Source of the DNA: Candidatus Uhrbacteria bacterium
GTDB lineage: Bacteria > Patescibacteriota > Patescibacteriia > UBA9934 > GWF2-40-263
Assembly (NCBI GenBank): GCA_037131775.1
Contig: JBAXQK010000005.1
Location: 1-60,544 of the forward strand
Length of the DNA: 60,544 bases
Direction: 5' to 3'
Position numbers and translations under genes: made by a program. Positions 1 to 8,884 of the stretch are shown here, in pieces (the stretch's first letter is position 1; each line of letters begins with the position of its first letter). Below the pieces are notes generated by a model. It was not told where the DNA came from. It saw only the letters and a list, made by a program, of their open reading frames with translations, and searched no databases.

Positions 1-1538
1 AGCTGTTTCAGCTCCTCGAGGATCTGGTTCCACACGCTAGGCGGCTGGTTCACCAAAAGGGACTTCTCATCACGAGAGGTCTCTTTTAGTTTATAGATTA
101 GCGATAATTCAGTGTTTCCAAATTTCTCGCCGTCAAACTCAATTTCTTTCTTAAGAATCAATTTTTGGAAACGAATCCGCTTTGGGTAATCATCCTTCAT
201 ATCGACCCATCTCGTGGCCGTATTGCGGACGTAATTAAAACAGTAGTCCAGCGCCTCTTCCATGTTAAATTCCTCCACCCGTTGGCTTTCAAGAACAAAG
301 CGCTTTTGATCGATCTGACGCAGGATGACGGCTTTCTGTTCACTGAACTCGTTGTCTGTATACGAACCAGATCGGTGTAGATCAAATACTCGTTGCCGGT
401 CTTGCTTGAGACGGTCAATTTCCTTTTGGGTCTTTGTGCTCTCCACGTCCATCAGCTTGTAATTCTCCTGCCACTTGTCTATGATTATTGCCTTGAATAG
501 CTTCTCGTAGCGCGGATTCGGCATTATCGAACTTAGGAATTCGACAAACATCTGCTCGAACTTTCCCTTTGGAACGGAAATAGATTTCGCACAGTTTGAA
601 TGGCCGTGGTGGTAATACGAATATTTTTTCCCCTGTCTACCGCGCGATGAACTTCCCGTGATCGGCGCTTTGCAAAGATCGCAAACTACGAACTTTCGTA
701 ACGGAAACGTCGGATTGTTGGCGACTCGGGGCGGGACAATCTCCGTTCGTTCTGTTCTGTCTTTCTGGCATTTCCAAAATAGCGACTCAGAGATAACCGG
801 TTCAAATCCGCCTTTTGTTTCTTGGTCAAATGCCCGAATGATTCCGTAATAAATCGGGTTACGCAGCATCTTCTGAACCATTTGCGGGATTGGCGGCTTA
901 CCTCCGCGCGTCAGACATCCACGTTTGCCAAGAAGGTCGGCAACCTGCTTATAGGTATACACGCCTTTAGCGTACTCCTCGAATGCAAAGCGCACATGAT
1001 GGGCTGTTTCCTCCTCAGGGGCGATATTGAGCGCTTTGGGGGGTCTACAATAACCGAATGGTGCCGCCCAAACCCAAACGCCCTGCTTTACCCGTTCCAC
1101 CATGCCGCCCTTCGACCGTTCCGCCCGCACGCTGTTATCGAACTCCGCGAATGTGGACATGATGCCCTCAAGCATCCTGCCTATCGGGGCTTCGCTGATC
1201 TGTTCTGTTGCTGACCGGAGTTTCGTTCCAGACTTCTTTAACGCGCTACGCAATACTGTGTGGTCGTCTTGATTGCGTGCAAACCTATCAACCTTGTAAA
1301 CGATAAAATACCCGACTTTGTTTTTCGAACAATAACTTACCGCACCAAGCAATTCGGGCCTGTCCGCCGTCTTCGCGGATTCTCCCATCTCAACAAACAC
1401 CCTTGAAATTTCCATGCCCTGCCGCGCGGCATACTCACGGCAACAATGCTCTTGAGATTCAAGACTTGTCCCCTCGACCTGTTCTTTCGAAGAGACCCGG
1501 CAGTAGACGATGGCCGTATTGTTTTGATAGGTTTCCAT
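1..1538 (-). CDS. large serine recombinase (integrase); N-terminus complete, C-terminus runs off the window
   Basis: Minus frame is open from the window edge to ATG 1538. It is absent from the ORF track because no stop lies inside the window. My translation reads METYQNNTAIVYCRVSSKEQ..YKVDRFARNQ..STFAEFDNSVRAERSKGG..WAAPFGY. That is a resolvase catalytic-Ser domain followed by a recombinase domain, more than 510 codons. Confidence 0.85.
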   Translation of the reverse strand, partial: METYQNNTAIVYCRVSSKEQVEGTSLESQEHCCREYAARQGMEISRVFVEMGESAKTADRPELLGAVSYCSKNKVGYFIVYKVDRFARNQDDHTVLRSALKKSGTKLRSATEQISEAPIGRMLEGIMSTFAEFDNSVRAERSKGGMVERVKQGVWVWAAPFGYCRPPKALNIAPEEETAHHVRFAFEEYAKGVYTYKQVADLLGKRGCLTRGGKPPIPQMVQKMLRNPIYYGIIRAFDQETKGGFEPVISESLFWKCQKDRTERTEIVPPRVANNPTFPLRKFVVCDLCKAPITGSSSRGRQGKKYSYYHHGHSNCAKSISVPKGKFEQMFVEFLSSIMPNPRYEKLFKAIIIDKWQENYKLMDVESTKTQKEIDRLKQDRQRVFDLHRSGSYTDNEFSEQKAVILRQIDQKRFVLESQRVEEFNMEEALDYCFNYVRNTATRWVDMKDDYPKRIRFQKLILKKEIEFDGEKFGNTELSLIYKLKETSRDEKSLLVNQPPSVWNQILEELKQ

Positions 1539-1562
1539 ATTGTCACCATCGTAGGCCAAACC

Positions 1563-1739
1563 TTACGATTTTACACTACCCAAACGGGATTTTTGGAAAC
1601 ATTTCTTTTCCATACCATAGCTCTCGAACATCAGTTCGCTAAAATCGTACAGGAAATTTACAACATGTGAGACATCCTCGTCTGACAAGCCGAGCAGAAG
1701 TTCTGGGTCAATTTTTCTGCACTCACTTACCAAGAGCAT
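1563..1739 (-). CDS. small hypothetical protein upstream of the recombinase
   Basis: The 90-aa track ORF (to 1835) would run through a hairpin terminator at 1769-1794, so I moved the start to the internal ATG at 1739. No recognisable domain. Confidence 0.3.
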   Translation of the reverse strand: MLLVSECRKIDPELLLGLSDEDVSHVVNFLYDFSELMFESYGMEKKCFQKSRLGSVKS

Positions 1740-1768
1740 ACCAAAATGTATTGAGGTCCCAAACAGAA

Positions 1769-1794
1769 AGAGACCCGCCGTTGATGGGGTCTCT
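1769..1794 (-). terminator. intrinsic terminator after the Cys-rich membrane protein gene
   Basis: Stem agagaccc / gggtctct (8 bp) is followed by ttctgttt on the minus strand, downstream of the stop at 1939. Confidence 0.5.
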
Positions 1795-1938
1795 TTCTGG
1801 TGAAGGAAATAACCCCGAAGGTTATTCCCGTTCACGACACGGAAGGATTGTGCTCCTCTGACCAGTTTCCCAGAAACGCTTCTGGCTGCTCATCGTGTAA
1901 GTTGTTACTAACAACGTATATTACTATTCTGAGTTTGT

Positions 1939-2805
1939 CTAGGGCGCCTGGACGCACTGACCATTGTTTTTCAGAAAACCTTCATCGCATAACCACGCGT
2001 TTATTCCGTCGGTCGCACATCTACTGTTAAGCGGCTTATCGGCACACACCCCACCAAAGGCACACTGGGAATCTGTGCACATTGGGACAACGGGAGTAGG
2101 GATTCCACATGCTGTTTGGCCAGCATTCCATTGGAATCCTAATTTACAGTCGCAGATACAACTGTCTATGGATTTGTCATAATGATCAAATTTGCTATTG
2201 GGGAAAGTTTGATTGCATTTTGTGTCGCCGCATTCGTTATAGGCTTCGGAATAGGGCGCACAGTTTCCATTTTGTTTATAAAACCCAATGTTGCAATTCC
2301 AACCCTCGCTCGAAGTGGATGAACAGGTGCTATTAGTCGGCCGTGTGATACAACTTCCAAAATACGAGCATTGTTCTGAGTTGCAAACTATTTGCGGGGC
2401 TGGTTTCTCATCCAAGATAATTGACGATTTATTCTGTTCGGCTCCGTTTGTATTCCCTGTCGAATTCTCAGTAGTACCGTATGTTTGAGTCGCCAAAAAT
2501 ACGGCGATTCCGACCAATGCGGTAAACAAGATATTTAAAAAAACTGAATCTTTTTTTGCAGACTGTGACGCTCCTGCCAATTGTGCTGTTTCAGATGTGG
2601 CGTCCTTGACAATCGGTTGCATTTCAGTGCGACCAAGAGTCTTGCGATGCAATCCAACCAGCACGAGAACTACGATGAACGTGATGACGCCTAAAATAGC
2701 AACGATCGGTAAAATCACCGGCGCAAGCGCGATCCCAAGAGCGATAATAATTATCGAGATGATCGCACTGAAACATCCGCCAAAGACCAATGATTCAAAG
2801 TCCAT
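1939..2805 (-). CDS. membrane-anchored cysteine-rich repeat protein (EGF-like spacing), hypothetical
   Basis: 288-aa ORF. Hydrophobic helices IISIIIIALGIALAPVILPIVAILGVITFIVVLVLVGL and LFTALVGIAVFLA. The ectodomain has two copies of C-x3-QC-x2-G-xC..P-xNS-xC..W-xC-x2-GF-xK-xNG-xC. Confidence 0.65.
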   Translation of the reverse strand: MDFESLVFGGCFSAIISIIIIALGIALAPVILPIVAILGVITFIVVLVLVGLHRKTLGRTEMQPIVKDATSETAQLAGASQSAKKDSVFLNILFTALVGIAVFLATQTYGTTENSTGNTNGAEQNKSSIILDEKPAPQIVCNSEQCSYFGSCITRPTNSTCSSTSSEGWNCNIGFYKQNGNCAPYSEAYNECGDTKCNQTFPNSKFDHYDKSIDSCICDCKLGFQWNAGQTACGIPTPVVPMCTDSQCAFGGVCADKPLNSRCATDGINAWLCDEGFLKNNGQCVQAP

Positions 2806-2997
2806 AAACTCGTTACGAATCTCAACGATTCATTAGCTCGCTAAAACAAAACGGACACCCCTGAGGTGTCTAGACCCAAACAGCAGGGCTACTGCCGCTT
2901 GTTTTATCAGGGATGCCCATTACGGCGCACCAATAGCCCAATAAAACCGCGACAGTTGCCTGTCGGGAATGCTGTCGTTTGGATCTAGACCATCGGA

Positions 2998-3432
2998 TTA
3001 TACCTTCTTATCTGACAGATTTGCAACTCTTTTCGGGATACTAGCGGCCAGTGCCTGTTTTAGCTTTTCTTCATATTCCTGTGTTATTTTCTGTACTGTC
3101 GAATTGCCAGACAGATCGGTTTCGGTATTGATGTCGAATTGTGTTGAAATATCAACTGTCGTCGTCGGCCTCCCCCATACCCGATCACAGATCTCTCGTA
3201 GGGCGGCGACATTAGGTGGCTCAGTATAAGTTCTGATGGAGCTCTTCGTTGCACTGACCACCTCAAATTTGCCAAGCGCCACAGTTAACAGGGCATCAAA
3301 AATATCCTCGCTCTTCGCGTGACAAAGTTCGACGAAACGCTCGCGCATCTGCTGAGTTTGGAAGGTTCGTTTTTCAACGCGTCTCCCAGCGCCATCGCGC
3401 CTTCCTCCCCAGCCAGACTCGGACATATTCAA
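2998..3432 (-). CDS. hypothetical protein with N-terminal Gly/Arg motif (phage-like small DNA-binding protein?)
   Basis: 144-aa ORF in the AT-rich block. The GWGGRRDGAGRR motif resembles motifs I associate with small phage DNA-binding or terminase-small-subunit-like proteins. Two hairpin terminators lie downstream (2852-2870 and 2950-2965). Confidence 0.55.
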   Translation of the reverse strand: MNMSESGWGGRRDGAGRRVEKRTFQTQQMRERFVELCHAKSEDIFDALLTVALGKFEVVSATKSSIRTYTEPPNVAALREICDRVWGRPTTTVDISTQFDINTETDLSGNSTVQKITQEYEEKLKQALAASIPKRVANLSDKKV

Positions 3433-3701
3433 GTATTCAACCCTGAGTATTTAACGGTTCTACTCACAAACGGTAGTACAATACGATTGATTATATGGCA
3501 CTATTAGGCCGTCTCGTATTCTCGTGCAAAATTTGCCCACTCTTTTACTTCGAGAACCAACTGTTTCCAAGACAATCCCATTTGGGTCACCACAAGAGGG
3601 CATCCTGTGATTTGTTCGCTACCGGTCACACAAGGGATGTCTTTTTGTTTTGTGGAGAGAACCAACCGGTACGACCGGCTCGCGATTGTCAGCCGTCTGT
3701 C

Positions 3702-3731
3702 AAAAATCACCCGCGAATCGCGGGTGATTTT
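3702..3731 (-). terminator. bidirectional-looking intrinsic terminator at the GC-content switch
   Basis: Perfect inverted repeat aaaaatcacccgcg-aat-cgcgggtgattttt lies directly downstream of the stop at 3769. Confidence 0.8.
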
Positions 3732-3768
3732 TCGTGGCCGTGCGCGCTCCTCCGTCGCCATGGGTCCG

Positions 3769-5160
3769 TCAGGCGGTCGGTTCCGGCTGGAGCTTTTCTT
3801 CCAGGGCCTTCAGCTCGGACGTCGCCCTTTCGAGCTCGCGAACCGCGTCCTGGTGCTTTGCCGACGCATCTTCCGCCAGACGATCCGCTTGTTCCAATTC
3901 CGGCCGTTCCTTCTTGATGGTCCTTTCGTCCGCCGCATTCAAATCGTCGATCTGCTCGATAAAGGCCGCGTGCCTCCAGGCAAACCATTCGGATTGCATC
4001 CGGGTCTTGTCGGCGGTTCGCCCTTCGATCTGGCTCCGTATCGCCTGCTCTCTGGCGCGTAGCGCGTCGGCCGCCGCCTGAAGCGTTTGCCGCGCGCCAT
4101 CCAGCCTGGCGACGTTGCGCCCGAGGCGAGACTGGTCCTTCCGGGCCGTCTCGATGGCCGTCTTCGCAGATACCCATTCGCGATGAGTCACGCGGAACGC
4201 TTCCTGCGCGGCCTCCCTCGCCGCCCGATCCGATTCCATCTTCTTCCATTGCTCCCCCTCGGCGACACCCTTGCGATAGGTCTCATTCATTTCCGCTCGC
4301 TCCTCATCGGACTCTCCCGAAAAATGAAACGTCCCCTTGTCGAACGCGACCCCCAACTCATTGAAAAACTTGACGACGTTCGGGTCCTGCAGATCCCTGA
4401 CCCCGTCGATTCCGGACAGCTCGTTCATGACCGGTCCCAGCCACTTCCAGTCCTCGCGCAGGACGCGCTCGACTTTTTTCGGGGCAAGCCCGTTCCGAAT
4501 CATGTCTCCGGGACGAAAGGTCTCCGAGGAGGCGGTTCCGGCCTTCGGGGCATAGGAGCGCGCGGCGACATAGCGTTCGAGGCCGCCCGAGTACTCTCCC
4601 CGCGACGTCATCATGCGCTGGTACAGGCTTCCGTTGACGTACGCCCGAACCGCGTCCGCCCCGTAGCGCTTCCCGGAAATGTAATCCAGGTTCCCAAGCT
4701 GGCTGCCTTCGAGAAAAACCTGGTTGAACGGCTTGATTCCTCCCTGCCAAGATCCGTCCAGGTACGTTTTTTGGAGCATCTCCTGCCGGAGGGCGCGATC
4801 CTTCGGATCCTTGATCTTTTCCGCGTCGGCCTCGTCGGCCTGCCACTGCTCGGCAGCCTTCGCCATCTGCTCGGTCATGAGCGCGAGGTACAGGCGTTCC
4901 CCGACGCGGTTGCGCGGGTTCTGATACTCCTCGTCGCCCTTCTTCTCGTACGGCCGTTCCGATTTCCGGTCCGCCACCATCCGGCGGAACTCCCCCTTGG
5001 CGAATTCTCGGATGGCCAGAAATTTTTCCGACACGTCGGGGCTCATTTCCCCGATCCCCCGGGTCTCGAGGATCGCAAGCACGTCTTGCGAAAACTCGCC
5101 CGCCGACTTTCGATCGGAAGCCGCGAGTCCCATTCCCTCTTGCGTTTCTACGGTGCCCAT
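3769..5160 (-). CDS. hypothetical protein with C-terminal coiled-coil
   Basis: Track ORF is 3769-5202. A TGnTATAAT-type -10 (rc of 5191-5200 = gtggtataat) lies inside the 5' extension, so I prefer ATG 5160 (MGTVETQ). High GC3. The last ~130 aa are E/R/A/L/Q-rich and heptad-like. Confidence 0.65.
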   Translation of the reverse strand: MGTVETQEGMGLAASDRKSAGEFSQDVLAILETRGIGEMSPDVSEKFLAIREFAKGEFRRMVADRKSERPYEKKGDEEYQNPRNRVGERLYLALMTEQMAKAAEQWQADEADAEKIKDPKDRALRQEMLQKTYLDGSWQGGIKPFNQVFLEGSQLGNLDYISGKRYGADAVRAYVNGSLYQRMMTSRGEYSGGLERYVAARSYAPKAGTASSETFRPGDMIRNGLAPKKVERVLREDWKWLGPVMNELSGIDGVRDLQDPNVVKFFNELGVAFDKGTFHFSGESDEERAEMNETYRKGVAEGEQWKKMESDRAAREAAQEAFRVTHREWVSAKTAIETARKDQSRLGRNVARLDGARQTLQAAADALRAREQAIRSQIEGRTADKTRMQSEWFAWRHAAFIEQIDDLNAADERTIKKERPELEQADRLAEDASAKHQDAVRELERATSELKALEEKLQPEPTA

Positions 5161-5223
5161 AGCGCGTGCGGTCAAGAATGATCTGACGCGATTATACCAC
5201 ACGGCGGACGGATTGGGTTGGGA

Positions 5224-5799
5224 TCAGTTCGAAAACGGGATCGTTTTATCGGCCGTCGCGAACGCGCGCAGGCGTGCCGTCTCGTTTTCCTTCCAGAGCC
5301 GCTCGATCTCCTCCCAGTCCCGCGCGTCGAACGATCGAAAAAGCGATTCGACCGAGACGCCGCTTGGAATCAGCAGCGCGTGGGCGAGCTTGTGGCAGTC
5401 GGCGCACGGGGCTTCGAGATTTTCAACGGTGTGCGGGTTCTCACGGGTCTGCGGACCCTTGAACGTCTCAAAGTGCCGGACGTGATGCGGCGGGCGAACG
5501 CCCTCGCACGCGTGTCCGGGACGGCCGAAGTCGCGGTCCCGATCGCGCTCGATCACGGCCGTCGAAACGCTCTCCGGAATCCGCCGTCCGACGTCTCCCG
5601 TCTCAAGGCGGCGCAACGAGCTTTCCAACAGCGCGACTTTTCGCTCGATGGCGACGCGTTCCTTCCGCGGCAGACCCTCGACGGCCGCGGCACGCAGGCG
5701 CTCGAGCTCCGACGGAAGAGCCATCGTCCCCTCGGCAACGGACGACGGTTCCTGATCGTGACGTTTCCTATGCTCCATACGGATGTCATGGTAACACAT
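5224..5799 (-). CDS. HNH / His-Me finger endonuclease-like protein
   Basis: This is the 3' part of track ORF 5224-6312; the 5' part is antisense to the Nudix gene. It contains PPHHVRHF...ENPHTVENL...CADCHKLAH. The start at ATG 5799 is uncertain. Confidence 0.55.
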   Translation of the reverse strand: MCYHDIRMEHRKRHDQEPSSVAEGTMALPSELERLRAAAVEGLPRKERVAIERKVALLESSLRRLETGDVGRRIPESVSTAVIERDRDRDFGRPGHACEGVRPPHHVRHFETFKGPQTRENPHTVENLEAPCADCHKLAHALLIPSGVSVESLFRSFDARDWEEIERLWKENETARLRAFATADKTIPFSN

Positions 5800-5832
5800 C
5801 GCGTCCTCCGCGTGTGCTATACTGCGGCGCGT

Positions 5833-6231
5833 ATGAAAGACGAAGAACACCTGATTGTCGACGTTCCCGTGAAGGCCTGGTCCGTGCGCGACGGGCGCGT
5901 GCTGCTGGTTCAGGAGATCGGGGGTCGGTGGACGCTTCCGGGAGGAAGGATGAACGTGGGGGAAACGCCGCAGGCGGCGCTCGCGAGGGAAATGATGGAG
6001 GAGATCGGCGTGGACGTGGTCGTCGGGGCCATCGTCGACTGCGTCGTGTTCACAAGCGCGTCCGGCAGGTCGCACTTCGTCCCCGTGTTCCTCGCGACCG
6101 TCGATCCCGCGCAGTCCCTGGTCCTGGAGAAGGCGGAGATCGCGGATGCCCGGTGGATCGACGTCGCGGCGCTCGGAAGCGTGGATATCCGGCACGAGTA
6201 CCGCCCGATCGTCGAACGTTTGGCCGCGTAA
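5833..6231 (+). CDS. NUDIX hydrolase
   Basis: In-frame ATG 5833 within track ORF 5218-6231. The Nudix box GGRMNVGETPQAALAREMMEEIGV fits G-x5-E-x7-REUxEExGU. Confidence 0.85.
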   Translation: MKDEEHLIVDVPVKAWSVRDGRVLLVQEIGGRWTLPGGRMNVGETPQAALAREMMEEIGVDVVVGAIVDCVVFTSASGRSHFVPVFLATVDPAQSLVLEKAEIADARWIDVAALGSVDIRHEYRPIVERLAA

Positions 6232-6296
6232 CGGACGGGATCCTCGCCAGACTCTTCGCCTCCGGGGCCAGGTCCGAACATAAAGAGAACGATTCG

Positions 6297-6325
6297 TTGA
6301 CAATCCGTCCAATCTCGCGTATGGT
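6297..6325 (+). promoter_or_regulatory. sigma70-type promoter
   Basis: TTGACA (6297-6302), 17-nt spacer, TATGGT (6320-6325). GGAG lies 8 nt before ATG 6344. Confidence 0.6.
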
Positions 6326-6343
6326 CTTCGCGGAGATCAACCG

Positions 6344-6952
6344 ATGCACGCAGACCTGTACGGACCGAAGTCCGCGGAACGATTCCGCGTCGAGATCAAG
6401 ACGGACACGGAGGACCGCCTCATTGGCACCTGCTTCCGCGGGAAGAAGAATGCGCTTGCCGGCAACTTCTGCCGGTGGGACGGCGCGAGGGAGTTCCTCG
6501 ACGACCCCGAGGTGGGCGAAGTGCTCGCGAGGTGGATCGAGCGGGCTGTGAACGAGCCGAGGACCGAGCTCAAGGACAAGTTCGACGCCCGCGTCTGCTT
6601 GCCGTTCTCAAGGCTGGTCGGCTGGGGATCGACGATCCCGCAGTCGTTGGTCGACGGCAGCCTCGTGGAGCGCCCGTTCCCGAACAAGCCCGACACCATC
6701 GCCTCCTGGATCCCCTGGAACGCGACCCTCCTCGCCCCCGCCACGAACCTCGTCACGATCGACGCCCGATTCCGCACGCGAACCCGCCTCGGCTGCTGGG
6801 AAGCGGAACTCAACACCGTCTACCCCGGCGCGGACATCGGCCCGCTCCGCCCTCCCAACGTCCGCCCCGACCACGCCTACTTCATCTCGCGCCACCGCCG
6901 CATCGCCTTCTTCGAATGGACCCACCGCGGCGAGCCGGTCAGCCCCTCGTAG
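6344..6952 (+). CDS. hypothetical protein
   Basis: 202-aa ORF with its own promoter, an SD and a hairpin plus T-run at 6951-6976. High GC3. No domain recognised. Confidence 0.65.
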   Translation: MHADLYGPKSAERFRVEIKTDTEDRLIGTCFRGKKNALAGNFCRWDGAREFLDDPEVGEVLARWIERAVNEPRTELKDKFDARVCLPFSRLVGWGSTIPQSLVDGSLVERPFPNKPDTIASWIPWNATLLAPATNLVTIDARFRTRTRLGCWEAELNTVYPGADIGPLRPPNVRPDHAYFISRHRRIAFFEWTHRGEPVSPS

Positions 6953-7013
6953 TCCCGAGTTCCGGGGCTTTTTTCTTTCCTTGGTCTCAATAATCTTCGA
7001 GGATGCAGATCGC

Positions 7014-7065
7014 TTGACCCGAGCAAGACGAAGGTGTATGATATCATCATAACATCATATCATAT
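7014..7065 (+). promoter_or_regulatory. promoter plus operator-like ATCAT repeats of the toxin-antitoxin operon
   Basis: TTGACC (7014-7019), 17 nt, TATGAT (7037-7042). The palindrome ATGATATCAT (7038-7047) and four ATCAT copies lie between the -10 and ATG 7066. Confidence 0.55.
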
Positions 7066-7287
7066 ATGTCTACTCTATCCGTTCCGCTCCCGCAGCCTCT
7101 CGAATCCTTCATCAGCATGATGGTGAAACGAGGATTTGCATCCACCAAGGCCGAGGTCGTTCGTCAGGCACTGTCGCGATATGCCGAGGACGCGGCAGTG
7201 GAATCCGTTCTTCGGGCACAGCAGGAATTCAAGGAAGGAAAGGAAATTCGCGGGAGCATTCGAGACATCCTGAAAAAGAAATCCTAG
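7066..7287 (+). CDS. ribbon-helix-helix (CopG/ParD-like) antitoxin
   Basis: 73 aa. The N-terminal beta-strand then two helices (LSVPLPQPLESFISMMVKRGFASTKAEVVRQALSRY) are typical of the RHH fold. It lies 9 nt upstream of the toxin gene. Confidence 0.75.
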   Translation: MSTLSVPLPQPLESFISMMVKRGFASTKAEVVRQALSRYAEDAAVESVLRAQQEFKEGKEIRGSIRDILKKKS

Positions 7288-7296
7288 GCGTCGGCT

Positions 7297-7560
7297 ATGG
7301 AAATTTCTTATTCGCCAAACTTTCTCCGTGAGTTCCATTCCCTTCCATCGCTCCTCCAGGAGGAGGTTACGGAGAAGCTCGAGCTTTTTACAAGCGTGAC
7401 GAACCACCAGGCGCTCAAAGTCCACAAGCTGTCCGGACGCCTTCGGGAATGCCATGCCCTTTCCGTGAATTACCAGATTCGCATCCTATTTCAGTTCGTT
7501 GGAAAACCGAAGCGCGCCTATCTTCTTTCGGTCGGCGACCATGACATTTACAACCGATAG
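7297..7560 (+). CDS. RelE/ParE-family type II toxin
   Basis: 87 aa. The pattern ..KVHKLSGRLRECHALSVNYQIRILFQFVG..AYLLSVGDHDIY matches the RelE/ParE consensus layout. The segment has lower GC. Confidence 0.75.
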   Translation: MEISYSPNFLREFHSLPSLLQEEVTEKLELFTSVTNHQALKVHKLSGRLRECHALSVNYQIRILFQFVGKPKRAYLLSVGDHDIYNR

Positions 7561-7563
7561 CCT

Positions 7564-8337
7564 ATGCCCATCGACATGCCACAGCTCGAATCGATCGTTC
7601 GCCGCGTCCGCGCGATCGTCATGCCGTTCTACGGCAACGTCGCCTTTACCGACAAGGGCGCGTATCGAACGGACCACGTGACCGAGCTCGACGTGCGCGT
7701 GGAGGAGTTTTTGCGCGACGAGCTTTCGACGGCGTTTCCGGGGATCCCGTTCGTGGGCGAGGAAACGGGCGGCGATCGCTCGGCGGCGCGGCACTGGCTG
7801 TGCGATCCGATCGACGGGACGGCGCACTACATCCGAGGACTCCCCTTCTGTACGACGATGCTCGCGCTGATCGAGGACGGCAAGGTAACCACTTCGGTCA
7901 TCTACGATTTCGTCGGCGACGTTTTCTATCATGCGATCCGCGGCCAGGGCGCGTTCCGCGACGGAGAACCGATCCACGTCAGCGACCGGACGCTTAACCA
8001 TTCCTATCTCGGATGGGAGACGCGCATTCTCAAGCCAGAGAACCTCCAAATGCACATGGCCCTTTCCGCCGAGTCGTCCTTCTTTAAGACCATGAACGCC
8101 GGCTACGAGTTCACCCTCGTCGCCACCGGCAAGATCGAGGGACGCCTCTGCTTCGACCCGTGGGGCAAAGACTACGACTTCGCGCCGGGCTCGCTCCTCG
8201 TGCAGGAGGCCGGCGGGATCGTCGCGAACATCGGGAGCCGGGAGTACGATTATAAGAATCTCAATTTCCTCGCGACGAACCCGCGGGTGTTCAAGGAGCT
8301 GACGGAGGGAGAGGGCGCGCTGTTTCCGATTCTGTAG
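7564..8337 (+). CDS. inositol monophosphatase-family phosphatase
   Basis: Motifs VGEETGG, WLCDPIDGT and DYDFAPGSLLVQEAGG. Confidence 0.85.
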   Translation: MPIDMPQLESIVRRVRAIVMPFYGNVAFTDKGAYRTDHVTELDVRVEEFLRDELSTAFPGIPFVGEETGGDRSAARHWLCDPIDGTAHYIRGLPFCTTMLALIEDGKVTTSVIYDFVGDVFYHAIRGQGAFRDGEPIHVSDRTLNHSYLGWETRILKPENLQMHMALSAESSFFKTMNAGYEFTLVATGKIEGRLCFDPWGKDYDFAPGSLLVQEAGGIVANIGSREYDYKNLNFLATNPRVFKELTEGEGALFPIL

Positions 8338-8429
8338 CCAAGGGCTGGACAGAATGCCCGTTTTGCTGTACGTTTTCCCGGTCACAAGACCCCCGCGGCT
8401 GGGACAGCCGAACAACAACGGAGAACCTC

Positions 8430-8795
8430 ATGCCCGACATGCCCGATGGCTTCCTGAACTTCCACGCTCATCCGAGCCCCGCGCACGAGCGCGTGCTCGA
8501 ACGGCTGGCCTACCTCACTTCACGTCCTCCCCACCTCTGGGACCTGGGATTCCCGATCCCCGCGACGACGCCGTCCGACCTCGACCTCGCCTGGAACGAC
8601 CGCCAGTTCCTCCTCTCTCGCGCGGCAATCCACGAGCTGGCCATGCGCGTCTGCGGCACGGCCATTCCCCAGAAGGAGGTCGCGACCGTTGGCCCGCTGA
8701 TGATCCAGTACCTGACGCACATCGGCGTCGTGATGCCATCGTGCAAGGACCTCACCGACGGCACCATCTCCTGGATCCGCCGCACGTACCTCTGA
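8430..8795 (+). CDS. hypothetical protein
   Basis: 121 aa with high GC3. GGAG lies 6 nt before the ATG. A hairpin (gcgtcc/ggacgc) plus T7 lies at about 8813-8840. Confidence 0.65.
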   Translation: MPDMPDGFLNFHAHPSPAHERVLERLAYLTSRPPHLWDLGFPIPATTPSDLDLAWNDRQFLLSRAAIHELAMRVCGTAIPQKEVATVGPLMIQYLTHIGVVMPSCKDLTDGTISWIRRTYL

Positions 8796-8884
8796 ACCGA
8801 ACGGTTCCCCCTCGCGTCCACTCCCGGACGCGATTTTTTTATACCCTTTCCCCCCTCCGAATTCCGTGCGACAATGTCGCCGAT

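Larger units (their letters stand above)
1..3700. mobile_element. right-hand end of an AT-richer integrated element (prophage or integrative element), partial
   Basis: Block is visibly AT-richer than the rest of the window. All its ORFs are co-oriented with the serine recombinase. Composition switches to high GC at the hairpin 3702-3731. The exact junction and att site are not determined. Confidence 0.55.

Noticed and set aside
3504-3761. 85-aa minus ORF at the element/host junction.
   Set aside because: Its start overlaps the perfect terminator hairpin at 3702-3731 and its composition changes midway. At most a short remnant could be coding.
5218-5832. N-terminal 205 codons of plus ORF 5218-6231, and similar 5' extensions of track ORFs 8354, 26399, 33012, 35441, 37837, 41424, 49797, 54251 and 56529.
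   Set aside because: The extensions are Arg/Pro-rich. They overlap better-supported genes, tRNAs or terminators. An internal start with an SD or a promoter fits better in each case.
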